DNA of 33,087 bases from Octopus bimaculoides (GCF_001194135.2 NC_068997.1:34257076-34290162), one strand, 5' to 3'; positions 11,139 to 22,846 are shown, numbered from the stretch's first letter. Program-made: numbers and translations. Notes: generated from the sequence alone by a model not told the origin.

Positions 11139-11185
11139 TTTTTATCCTTTTATTCTTTTACTTGTTTCGGTCGTCTGACTGCGGC
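11139..11185 (-). mobile_element. SINE S3 tail fragment
   Basis: ttatccttttattcttttacttgtttcggtcgtctgactgcggc matches 10715-10760. Confidence 0.75.
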
Positions 11186-11329
11186 ATATATAACTCAACT
11201 TACGGATTCTCAACCTATTTACACAGACAGTAGCACCAATCTCCCAGCAATCCCAATATAGTAAATAACAATAATAATACTGATTTAATTAATAACAATA
11301 ATAACACTAATAACTGCTACCAACCAAAT

Positions 11330-13075
11330 TACAGTAAATACTTTTTGGACCGAGTTGGAGAGAAACACGTTGGAACAAAACTTACAGGAGAAACCCAAAG
11401 TAATAAATTTATCAAAGAAAACTCTCACTGCAACAAAAATCAGTATACTAGCTAAAGGATTAAAGTTTACTCCAACCCCAAGAAGATCCAGCCATAATGA
11501 AATTAAAGACAATATTTCAAAATTCTGCAAAAAAAATATACGACTCGCAGAAGAACTATCCGACTACAACAACGAAGATGAGTCACTGGTTAAAAACAGA
11601 AGTAATTACCTTCCACATAAAGGTAGGAATAAAACGCTAGATGACTTGTGCGACCATATCCAAAATTTCCCATAACATTCCATACGCGAAAAATTAATTC
11701 GAACCATAACAATCTAGAAGGGAAAAATCTAATTGAACTACAAAACGACAAAGACCTGATTTTTAAAGAAGCAGACAAAGGAAGTGCTGTAGACCTGATG
11801 GACACAGAATACTATAAAAACCTAGTGTTATACATACTAGAAAACGAAGCCTTCTACGAAAAAGTTGTAAACTATAAACATAAAAAAACAATGAAAAATC
11901 TTGCATCCTTAATACGTCTACATGGTGAAGGCTTGACAGAAAAAAGAAACAGACTACATCACGAACTTCAAATGTAAACCTAGTCTTTTTTACGGCCTAC
12001 CTAAAATACACAAGAACAAGATAATTAATGAAGCCTGCAAACAATCACCAGGCAAATACATAAATATCCAAGCGCCAGAAGACTTAACGTTAAGGCCCAT
12101 TATAGCTTGCCCAGCCTGTGAAACCCACCGCCTAAGCAATTTTCTAGACATCCCACTGAAACCTTTGCTGAAATACATCAAAAGTTTCATTAGAGACGAT
12201 TTATACTTCAGAACAATTATCCCCTATTTGTTGACACATACTATCGTCAAAATTGCGGAATTACGATGGGAACAAAAGCAGCCCCTGTTCTTGCGAACCT
12301 GATAATGGGTTATTTTGAATTCACCATATATGAAGTGTTACTTCAAAAATATGGTTATTCATTTCACCATCACATAAGAGAAAGCTGGAAAAGATACCGG
12401 GATGAATGTTTTATCATTTGAAAGGAGACTATTGACAAACTTTAAGACTTCAAATCAGCACTCAATGATATGAATAGTAACATTCAATTCACAATGGAAT
12501 ATAGCAAGAACATCTCCCATTTTTGGATATTATGATAAAAAAAAAGTCAATAACCAAATTATAACTGACATCTATCATAAATCAACAGACTCGAAGCAAT
12601 ATCTCCTCTTTAGCTCATGCCACCCGAAATACATCAAAATAAATATCCCCTTTAATTTGACAAAAAAGATTTGCACAATAGTGTCTGATAGAACTACTCG
12701 GGGCCTTCGTATTCAAGACCTCAAAACAACACTACCTGAAAAACAATATCCACCGTCACTTATAGGCGATGGAATTAAGCGTACCAAGAAATTAGACATA
12801 AAAACACTAAGGACAACAAAGCATAACACCACACCTCATCTCAAAACACTATCGTATATATCAATCCACAACTCTAGAAACAATGAGGCATACAACACTA
12901 TTGTGCAAAATCCTCCGTTACTAACTAGAAACCCAAAAATGAACAACATCCTGAAAGCGCATAAATACATGAAATGTAAAAGGCAACACAAATCGAGACT
13001 TGTAACAAATGCGAAGCTTTACACAACAACCACGAAACCAACGGTTAAAAAATGTGGACGCACAAGCTGTGAAAC
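11330..13075 (+). mobile_element. Penelope-like element (Neptune-like) copy 1: decayed RT, truncated at the Cys-rich linker before the endonuclease
   Basis: VINLSKKTLT...KGLKFTPTP; IFKEADKGSAV; FYGLPKIHK; LRPIIACP; MGTKAAPVLANLIMG; RYRDEC (YxDD mutated); NIQFTME; TDIYHKSTDS...SSCHP; KCGRTSCET, then (TG)n. About 200 nt including RT motif A are deleted relative to copy 2. Confidence 0.92.
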
Positions 13076-13084
13076 ATACATACA

Positions 13085-13118
<34 letters not shown>
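13076..13118. repeat. (CATA)/(TG)n microsatellite
   Basis: Direct reading. Confidence 0.95.
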
Positions 13119-13120
<2 letters not shown>

Positions 13121-13334
13121 GAAAACACCTAAAAAGCCCCACGAGGCTCCGGCGTGGGGTAGTGGCGACCCCTGTTGTACTCTTTCGCCCGAACATTATC
13201 TTACTCTTTTTTCCCGTTTCTTGAGTAACGCTGCGATGGACTGGCGTCCCGTCCAACTAGGGGGAACACATACACCATAGAGACCGGGAAACCGGGCCCA
13301 TGAGCCTGGTTTGGCTTTAAAAGGGCGCATAAAT
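13119..13334 (+). mobile_element. SINE related to S1 (shared internal block) with a different 3' module; 5'-truncated
   Basis: cgaaaacacctaaaaagccccacgaggctccggc...cctgttgtactctttc matches the reverse complement of about 835-900. It then continues gctgcgatggactggcgtcccgtcc...gaaaccggg, which S1 lacks. Confidence 0.75.
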
Positions 13335-13749
13335 NNNNNNNNNNNNNNNNNNNNNNNNNNNNNNNNNNNNNNNNNNNNNNNNNNNNNNNNNNNNNNNNNN
13401 NNNNNNNNNNNNNNNNNNNNNNNNNNNNNNNNNNNNNNNNNNNNNNNNNNNNNNNNNNNNNNNNNNNNNNNNNNNNNNNNNNNNNNNNNNNNNNNNNNNN
13501 NNNNNNNNNNNNNNNNNNNNNNNNNNNNNNNNNNNNNNNNNNNNNNNNNNNNNNNNNNNNNNNNNNNNNNNNNNNNNNNNNNNNNNNNNNNNNNNNNNNN
13601 NNNNNNNNNNNNNNNNNNNNNNNNNNNNNNNNNNNNNNNNNNNNNNNNNNNNNNNNNNNNNNNNNNNNNNNNNNNNNNNNNNNNNNNNNNATATATATAT
13701 ATATAAATAATATATATGTATGCATATATACATTCATATATGGGTACAG

Positions 13750-14205
13750 GACGTCATAAAAAAACGTGAACAAAATGTAAAACGAGAACATAGAAAAACA
13801 AAAACATGGAAAACGAATTTTTTCGAAAAACGACAGAAAGAAATAGAGAAACGAGACGAGCAACATAAAGAACAATCCCTTCATCGGTTGTCCCCAGCTT
13901 TATTTACTCCGCGTTTCGAACGTTGGGACAAGACGCGACCTCATTAAAACAGTCGTTCCCGCAAAGCAAATTAAATTAAATTTGGGATTTGCGGAGGGTT
14001 AAAGTTGTAACAAGAACAGGACACTAAGTACAAAACAGCAAAAACAAACGGTAAGAGCTGTGAAGCCATAACGAGGTGAAGTGGTGAACGCTGGAGAAAC
14101 GAGCTTTGACAGGAGACAAGCAAAAGTGTGTCTTCTCTTTTGTAAAGCACGAGGAAAAAAGAAAGATAGCCGCTGGTCACGTGTGAGCAGCGAGAGAATC
14201 ATGGA
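13750..14205 (-). mobile_element. Probable non-coding PLE-derived repeat with degenerate hammerhead-like words
   Basis: Minus strand: uuaaugag...uucGAAACGCG, followed by CCGAUGAAGGG. No credible ORF. Confidence 0.3.
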
Positions 14206-14649
14206 AGAAGAGAGAGAGAGAGAGAGAGAGAGAGGGTGAGAGAGAGAAAAACAAGGGGGGGGAGAAGAAAAACAGAAGGAAAAAAGAATAATAGAGGGAG
14301 AATAGAGATAGTTGTAGAGTGCGCATCAGAATTGTTAAGATAAAACTTACTTGGAAATGGGTACGTGGCGTTCGANNNNNNNNNNNNNNNNNNNNNNNNN
14401 NNNNNNNNNNNNNNNNNNNNNNNNNNNNNNNNNNNNNNNNNNNNNNNNNNNNNNNNNNNNNNNNNNNNNNNNNNNNNNNNNNNNNNNNNNNNNNNNNNNN
14501 NNNNNNNNNNNNNNNNNNNNNNNNNNNNNNNNNNNNNNNNNNNNNNNNNNNNNNNNNNNNNNNNNNNNNNNNNNNNNNNNNNNNNNNNNNNNNNNNNNNN
14601 NNNNNNTATATTCATATATAAATATATGTACATACCTACATATATATGT

Positions 14650-15559
14650 ATATATATACTATTTGAGGCCATACCGAAAATAATAATGGTAGACCGTCAC
14701 CTTACTCAAGAAATGGAGAGGCATGCTGTTATTGTGGTTATAAAGGCTGAGCATAGCGATTTAGAAATATCTCGATTTGTAAAAGTTGCTAGATCTTTCG
14801 TCTACAAAGTTTATAAGGAGCTAGAGACTAAAGATGGAAACGTATCACCAGTACCAAAGCATATAAAAGCATTCTAAACGCTCTGAAATCATCAGGACAC
14901 CCGAATTTATCCAACAAGTTTAACAGACCATTGATTACGATCCCCAAAAGTCCATGAGGTAAATTGCAAAAGATCTCCATGTGTCAGAAGGAACTGTCAG
15001 AAATGTTGTGCACGAAGACATCAGATATAGGCCTTATATGATGAGGAAATGTCAATTTGTCATAAAAAGCAAAAGAAAATCACTACATCAGATTTAAAAG
15101 GCTTTTAAACAAACTGAAAAATCCATAAGATTTGATTTGGTTTTTCTCAAACGAGAAAAACTTCGACAAAGATCAAAAGGTTAACAGAAGAAATGACAGA
15201 TGGGCATGTGCAGGCCCTTCTGAAGTTCCGAGTTTTATGCATACAAAATTTCCTGAAACTCATGGTTTTAGGGGTTGTCAGCAATGAAAGATATTTGTTG
15301 CCTCCTTACTTCTTACCACAAGTCCTTAGGGTTAACTCTGCCGCCTACATTGTGGTCCTGGAAGTAATTGTTAAGCTCTGGATTGACAATGTATGCAATT
15401 GAAGGCCATACGTGTTTCAGTAAGACTCTGCACTATCACACATGGCTCTAGAAACACAGGAGTGGATGGCTGAAAAATTTTCACGATCACATAACCCCTC
15501 CCATTTTGCCTCCTAATTCGCTAAATCTCAATCCATTCGACTATTACATGTGGACCGTT

Positions 15560-15603
<44 letters not shown>

Positions 15604-15850
15604 CAATGAACACTCCCATAGCACCAAAGATTCTTTGAAAGCTGCCATAGTCAGAGTAATGTCCAAAATGAACCAGGACCACTTGATTCGAGCATTAGAT
15701 CTCATACAGAAGCAGTTGTTGAAGCTGAAGGTAGCTTTATTCAATAACATTTTAGAAAAGAAGGTTTACTTTTATCATAGTATTTTTTGATAAATAAATT
15801 TAATATGTTTTTTTTTATAAACATAAATCTGTCCTCTTACGCACCCTGTA
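14650..15850 (+). mobile_element. Tc1/mariner DD37D (maT-type) transposon relic 2
   Basis: MERHAVIVVIKAEHSDLEISRFVKVARSFV; FFSNEKNF; MVLGVVSNE; DSALSH...PPNSLNLNPFDYY, giving D-37-D after correcting one +1 frameshift. Right end gcaccctg|ta (15841-15850) is consistent with a TIR plus TA target. Confidence 0.9.
15563..15601. repeat. (GA)n expansion inside the transposase coding sequence
   Basis: 39 nt read in frame as ERERERERERERE, between VV and VNEH. Confidence 0.95.
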
Positions 15851-16264
15851 TATAAACCTACGTAGTAGTCATACAAACATAGCAGTTTTAAAACTATTTC
15901 TCTTTAGACTGAAGAAAATACTGAACAACTTTAATCGAGTTTCGAACCTTATTGAGTTCTCATTAAGGTGTCTGCATTACTTGATCAATCCGAGAGAAAC
16001 AAATTACCCATCTGTTTAAATACTCAACAATACCAGCAGCTTCAGATAAATATTACTTACACGGACACATGCGCGCGCACACATACGCACATACACACAT
16101 ACACACAGAAGGTCAACTTTCTCTTCCATTCATTTGGATCGATAAATAAAGTACTAGTAAGATGTGTTTAGACTCAGTGAGGTATGGATCCCAGCAGTTC
16201 TTAAAATGCTGAAAACACCACGGCAACTCCTACAACAGTTCCAGCACCGAATTGAGAATCCAAG

Positions 16265-16345
16265 ACAGATATGTGTGTGTGTGCGCGCGTGTGTGTACGT
16301 ATTTATATGTATACATATATATGTATATATATATGTATGTATATA

Positions 16346-16381
<36 letters not shown>

Positions 16382-16565
16382 CACATACACACACACATAT
16401 ATACCTAAATATTATAAAGATGGAATGGCTATACAAGCCTGTGAATCCTTTTGATATCCACCACAGGACTACATAAATATCCAAGTCAGAAACATACATA
16501 CATACGCGCATACATACATACATACATTACATACATACATACATACAGACAGACATATACACATA
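16265..16565. repeat. (TG)/(TA)n/(CATA)n microsatellite cluster
   Basis: Direct reading. Confidence 0.9.
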
Positions 16566-16709
16566 CTGGATGTGTGCTCGCCCACCATTGTTCAGGTAAC
16601 TAATTTTATCCATACTACTATTGAACCTAAGTATCCGGAGGATCTTCAGAGGATGTAAGCCAATATAGTAGAGGAGCATTAATACGTGCACTCACAGATA
16701 CACACCAAC

Positions 16710-16935
<226 letters not shown>

Positions 16936-17940
16936 GTATTTGTGTATGTATATATTCGTGAGTATGTGTGCGTTTTTTATATGTATATTACCTGAATGGC
17001 ACTGAAGAAACAATAGAAGCAGCATCTCTATTCACTAATTAACGCTATCAAGAGCAGTGCTGAAAATAATGGAGAGGGCAGCACTAAGAGCATATCATCT
17101 GACGCCATTGTTAAAGGTCAGAAATACATAGTGCCAGTATGCTTTAAACAAGTACTCGAAGTAGTCAAATTTCATTGTCGACTGAATTGTTTCCTTATCA
17201 TGGGTTGTGACTTACTTACAAAGCGACTATATGAGAAGAACATTGTAGCATCATACAAAAAGACATGGATTACGAGATGGTCGGCTAATTCGGTCTGACT
17301 GAATCTCAATATTTCTATTTACTCTTACATTACTCAAACAAAAGTCTAATCCAGTCGCACACCAACCTCATAGGTTCGTGGATTTTCTCCAGCTCTAAGA
17401 TAACTAGTTTTGAATCAGAACAATCGTTATTCATACGAACACTTCCGAAAAAAAAGAACGAAAACATATCCCTGAGAAACGTGACGCTAGAAGCCACAGA
17501 TAAGCTTAGGTATGTGAAGAACACTTTTGTTCTTGAGATACTTTTGAAGAAAGAAAAGGAGGAAAGAGCATAAATCAACAGACATTCGTAGAAATCGTAG
17601 GGTAACATACAGAAGCGCAGGTCAAAACGTTTAGTGAAAGATCAGTATGACATCAAGCGAAAATGATTCCTTATAGGATATCGGGCTAAAATAATGTTTT
17701 AAAAATGATTCTTATCAAAAAATCTACCTTCTAAGATGTACGCTTTTCAATGCATAACATTACTTTTGTCTCACAAGAATAAGACAGAAATAAACCAAAA
17801 TCTACTATTGTTTTGCATTATTGTTAATATCTAATAAGATACGTGGTATATGCAACCAATTAAGCGTTAGATTAATGTTCATGCATAACGCTACTTTTAT
17901 CAGAAGGCTAATTAGATAAAAGTAATAAATGATTGCACAT

Positions 17941-18106
17941 GTAGGCTCAGGCGTGGCTGTGTGGTAAGAAGTTTGCTTCCCAACCATATTGTTTCGAGTT
18001 TAGTCCCACAGTGCATCATCTTGGGCAAGTGTCTTCTGCTCCAGCCTCGGAGGGTCCAAAGGTTTGTGAGTGGATTTGGCAGATAGAAACTGAAAGTAAC
18101 TGAAAG

Positions 18107-18110
<4 letters not shown>
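17941..18110 (+). mobile_element. SINE S3, 5' half
   Basis: gtaggctcaggcgtggctgtgtggtaagaag...cttgggcaagtgtcttc...gtgagtggatttgg; runs into (TA)n. Confidence 0.88.
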
Positions 18111-18111
<1 letters not shown>

Positions 18112-18172
<61 letters not shown>

Positions 18173-18174
18173 TA

Positions 18175-18205
<31 letters not shown>

Positions 18206-18245
18206 ATGTATGTGCATATAAACGTATATACATACATATATATAT
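18112..18245. repeat. (TA)n/(TG)/(TATG)n microsatellite
   Basis: Direct reading. Confidence 0.97.
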
Positions 18246-18506
18246 GGTCTGATCCATAAGTATCCGGACTATTGCCATAGTAACGAAGCTAAACCACGCA
18301 GGCTAAAGCCGCTTGACACAGATTGACCTTGAACTCTGCTGTGCACCAAGTTTTAACGTTCTAGCTCACTTCCGCTGTTTACAGCAGTGCTTGGAAGTAA
18401 CGTGTGTAGCGTATGTTCGTCACATTGAAATTGACAGAGATAGTTGAGCGAGAATCTACATCAAATTTCGCCAAAAGCTTGGTGTTACATGAGGCCTACG
18501 CAAAGT
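18243..18506 (+). mobile_element. mariner-type transposon 5' end (TIR, 5' UTR and first codons)
   Basis: TIR-like ggtctgatccataagtatccggact after TA repeats; degenerate LTEIVE-RIYIKFRQKLG...AYAK. Confidence 0.7.
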
Positions 18507-19046
18507 TTTCGTCGTTCTCGACACAACCAAGGAGATTTTGTGCAACTGAAAACCGAATGTCTTTTATGGTCAGCTGATAGCAGTTTTGGCACAAACTTAG
18601 CAGACATACGTCTCGTACCCAAATCTTCAGTGATAACGGACTGAACTGAACCGTAATTAATCTGCACATCCTCTGATAACTCACGGATTGTGATTCGACG
18701 ATTTCCCCACACAGCTGCACGCACATCTGCGATGTTTTTTCTCAATTCTGCTGGTTGCAGGTCTCCCAGAACGTTTGTCCTATCGACATTTTTTCTGCCA
18801 TCTTGGAAACATCTGAGCCACGCGTACATTTGTGTGCGGCTCATACACTCCTCTCCATACACTTTCTGCTACTTTGCGTAGGTCTCTGAGCAGGTATCAC
18901 CATGACAACTTTCTCTGTCATGGTCAATGCGACGATCGCACGTTACACCGGAATCTGGGGATTTCCAGGTTACCTTTAGCGTGTAAAGATGTCCTGGACT
19001 CTATTAAAAAAAAAAAGAATAAATTTTCAAACTATCAGACTTGATA
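18503..19046 (-). mobile_element. mariner-type transposase relic (N-terminal HTH half)
   Basis: MTEKV...GDTCSETYAK*QKVYGEECMSRTQMYAW...NRRITIRELSEDV...SVITEDLGTRRMSAKFVPKLL, truncated at VENDENF just before the first catalytic D. End tatcaagtctgat resembles the left TIR. Confidence 0.88.
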
Positions 19047-19397
19047 TAGCACAATTATATAAATCAATTCCTTATGTGCTAACACAGGAAGCATTAAATT
19101 TTTTCTCCATTCCACCCAAAGAATTTATGATCTATTGACAGAAACTTCAGATAGACAATAGGATTATGTTCACCATGTCTCCATTCCTTTTCTTGATTAC
19201 TGAGACGTTGGAATAGAGAAGTGCAAGAGGTTACACAGAGAGACTATGAATTTTATGGATAACATTACTGCCATTTTTGAAATAAGAAAGATAAAGACTC
19301 TTCTACCATGATTGGATGAGCTATTCTGGCGAAGTCGACTGCAACGCTGATTGCTCTGTAGTTAATTGCCATTAGCAACTTAGGGATAGAGGGAAGT

Positions 19398-19427
19398 TTA
19401 GGGTTAGGATTAGCGTTAAGGTTAGGC
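19398..19427 (+). repeat. Five in-phase degenerate TTAGGG hexamers
   Basis: ttaggg ttagga ttagcg ttaagg ttaggc. Confidence 0.7.
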
Positions 19428-19729
19428 AGATTTCTAGACTGTAATTCCTTTTCAGAGCAGTATATATGCTTCAATTCCCAGCCAATTCTCGCCATTGCTG
19501 ACTGCCATACAGGCAGAGATGATGCACCGAATGAACATATTTTGGTAAGATGCTGTCGTATTGTTTACGTTGTAGTTTAAATACAAGAGATTTGCTAGTG
19601 TCTTAAAACTACAATAGAGCAGTGGTATGCAATGAAAATCAATAAGAAAGGCAAAGAGAGGAAATGATAAGAGATTAAAAATGAAATCCAGACTTCGGAA
19701 TAGTGCTTATGACAAGAAGGTATCGTCTT

Positions 19730-20480
19730 GCTTGATAAGGAAGACTTGATTGTTGGATTAACGGTATCTTGTGATGACAATACACGGGGTCTTCGGGTGA
19801 ACTGTGACAGTTTGCATAAAAGGAAAAGAAGACACAATATCTCATTCAAAAATAAAGGTATTTTAAAAATTCAAAAATATCAACCAGATTATGGCTTAGA
19901 GATAACAGCTTATCCCCAAGCCGCCATAAGCTTCCACCACGACTGCAAGATAACGCCGGAACATTGGCGCACGCGTTCCTCACGGTGTTCCTGGAAAGAT
20001 TTTCAAACACATCAAGTTTCAGAAAAATGAAGACGTAAAATTGTCCAATTTATCCCGATCGACCTATAGTGTGAGCATTTGATCGGAAGAGCTTAAAATA
20101 TAAAGAACTTAGGGAATCGTGTTAGGCAAGATTATGCAGCGTATAGTGCATTCAGCAGACGTAGGATGTAGCGCATTTGTGGCAGTATCTATTATGTTCT
20201 ACTTGACTTTAGAAGGAGTGGTGGTCACAGATTCGAGAATAGTAGAGAGAAGCAGAAAATTCTTCATCATTAATATCGCTGATGCGTACAAGAGAACAAT
20301 CAAAAATAAAAGCTAAGACCAAATTTTCTGAGCTGTAAAACAGAATAGTTGCTGCATGGTTGGCGTTGTGATCACTGTAACCTGCTTGGTATTGTGGCTA
20401 CACGGATGACAAAATGATAAAAAGTACTATTGCGAGGAATAAAATAAGCCGAGCATTTTCTGTGAGCATCAGTGCAGTCC
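19730..20480 (+). mobile_element. Possible very old RLE non-LTR relic
   Basis: Motif-like words occur in the expected order: GLTVSCDDNTRGL (cf. RLYxxRxxGGRGL), EHLI, YKEL/NRV/GKIMQ, and TDSRIVERSRKFFIINIA (cf. PDIVVxDK...IIDIA). Each match is weak on its own. Confidence 0.3.
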
Positions 20481-20837
20481 AGCAAGATGAAAAAACCTTT
20501 GAGAAGGAGCCAAGAAAAAAAAATTGATATCTCCAATCAACAACTGATAGATGGAATGTTTTAGAGTATCTAGATTTTCATATGTACTTCTGTGTATGTA
20601 AGTATCCATACGTGTATGTAAGTATCTATACGTGTCTGTGGTTAGGTGTAACAGTGTTAGCCGGTGCCGAGTTGTGTCACCATAAGTCAAAACCGTAACA
20701 TAGTCGTTCGATAAATAGGTATCAATAAAATACAAGACACACTGAAGTAAGTCATCGAGTTGATATGGCCCACTATAAACACTTATGTAGATACAGCGGC
20801 AAAGCTGTAGCCGGATGACTGAAATCAGTAAAATAAT

Positions 20838-21879
20838 ATGTGTATTTGTGTGTGTGTGTATGAGTGCGTGTGTGAGTGCATGTATGTGTGCATGCGTGTG
20901 TGTGCGTGCGTGCGTGTGTGCGTGCGTGTGTGCGTGTCTCTCTATGTATATGATTGATAGTCTTGAAGATATACATTATGTACACGTGTATACATATTTA
21001 TAGTTATATATTATATAAATATGAAATGTATGCTTAGGATTTTTTTTTTAATTATCAACGTGTAATTCTCTTTAAGCGATAGAAACAAAACAAAAAATTG
21101 TTGACTGTAGCTTACCTAGTTTGATTCTCTCATATCTCTTAGGCGTGTTCAGGTGTTACTGACGTCAGTAATTGACCGCTAGATATGACGTCATCTCACT
21201 TGGTCACGTACCATTTTCAGTGTCTTGAAGTTTTCAAACTTTTCCGACGAGAGACAGATATATATATATATATATATACATACGCTCATATACATACATC
21301 CACGCATATATATACATATATACATATATATAATATACCTACATACATATATGTACTACTTATATATATAAGTAGTACATATGTATGTATGTATATGTAT
21401 ATACACACATATAGGTGTCTGTGTTTCTTTGTGTGCGTGTGTTCGTGCATGTATACATACATACATATTTACATATATATGCACGTACACACACGCATAC
21501 ATACGCACACACATATACACCCACAAAAACACCTATATGTCGAGAAAAAGAGATATAGGACGAGAGAGTAAGAAAGAGTGAGCAAGAGAAAAGGGAGAGA
21601 GAGAGAGAGAGACAGACAGAGAGACAAGCAGACAGAAAGGGAGAAAGAAAAGGAAGATAGTTTAATTCGGAGTAGGGCCAGAGAGAAATGTAAATTAATA
21701 ATAGACTAGGAAAAAAAAACAAGAGACGCGAATAACGTTAAGGATGACGTGTGCATACATACATACATACATACATTCATACATGAATATGTATATATAT
21801 CTATTTGTATGTATATATATATACTTTTGTTATTTACACCACCTGTCCTCGTCTGTTGTTATTATTTGTATATTCTCCC

Positions 21880-21910
<31 letters not shown>

Positions 21911-22320
21911 CATTTATATATTTAACACTAGTATAATGTATCAATATTATTTATTTATACACACACACATTTACACACAATATAAACAAGATATTAAGAG
22001 CTAAGGAGAGAGTGTGAGAGAGAGAGAGAGAGAGAGACAGAGAGAGAGAGGGAGAGAGAGGGGGAGAAAATAGAGAGGAGAAAGAGAGAGTGGAAGAAAA
22101 AGAGAGATATAGCGTTGGAAAGAGAAGGGAAAGGCTTTAAATTTACAGATTTCTCTGAATGAGTCAAATCTATTTAAGATAAAGCGTGTATGTGTATGTG
22201 TGTAAGTGTGTAAGTGTATGTGTGTGTGAAAGAGAGAGAGAGAGTGAGCGTGTTTGTGTGTGAGTGTGTGTGCGTGTATGTGTGCGTGTGAGAGAGAGAG
22301 AGAGAGAAAGAGAAAGGGTG
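20838..22320. repeat. Cluster of (TG)n, (TGCG)n, (TA)n, (CATA)n and (GA)n microsatellites with short unique spacers
   Basis: Direct reading. Confidence 0.9.
21156..21194. promoter_or_regulatory. Two consensus CRE/ATF sites (TGACGTCA)
   Basis: ttacTGACGTCAgtaa is a perfect 16-bp palindrome (21156-21171); aTGACGTCAt is a 10-bp palindrome (21185-21194). Function is not demonstrated. Confidence 0.4.
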
Positions 22321-22841
22321 AGAGATTCAGAGAAAAAAGAAAGGATGAGATATTAAATGAATGTGTATATGGCTAAAAGAATATGAATGCAAGAGTGTAG
22401 TAATAGATATGTGTAAGAGTTTAACAATGGGAGACTGAGCGGCGAGTATGCAAATATGGGATTGCTAATGTGTGTATCAAAATGTGTGTGTGCGCGCGCG
22501 TATGCGCGTGTGTGCATGTATGGGTTTGTGAGCGAATGTGATTGTGCACTTGGTAGTGGTATGTAAGAGAAAGTGATAAAGAGATGGCTGTTGAGATGAT
22601 GTGAGACGACATTGAATAAGGAGGGGAGAAGATTGAGTTAAGTGGATAGGTTTCCCCTGATATGTAATCTGTGAGTGGATTGTTACAGTGTAGTAAGTAT
22701 TATAAAGAGTGTAAAGTGTGTCAGCAGCTGAGATGGTATGTGTCATCACACCCAGTCCTGGGTACAACGTTCACCTTACTCTCTTCCGTAAAAGACATCA
22801 ACATTGAAGCAATCTACTGACATACTTTACGGAAAGTTTTT

Positions 22842-22846
<5 letters not shown>

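Noticed and set aside
16600-16660. Minus-strand CUGAAGA-CCU...AGG hairpin, hammerhead-like
   Set aside because: The GAAA word is absent (UCAAU instead); too degenerate to call without a family consensus.
17200-17600. KRLYEK and EQSLFIR words that echo RLE LINE motifs
   Set aside because: Only two very weak matches with too-short spacing; left unassigned.
22690-22770. Minus-strand GCDDTYHLSC resembling part of a PHD finger
   Set aside because: A stop codon follows immediately, the other Cys ligands are missing, and there are no convincing splice sites; likely chance.
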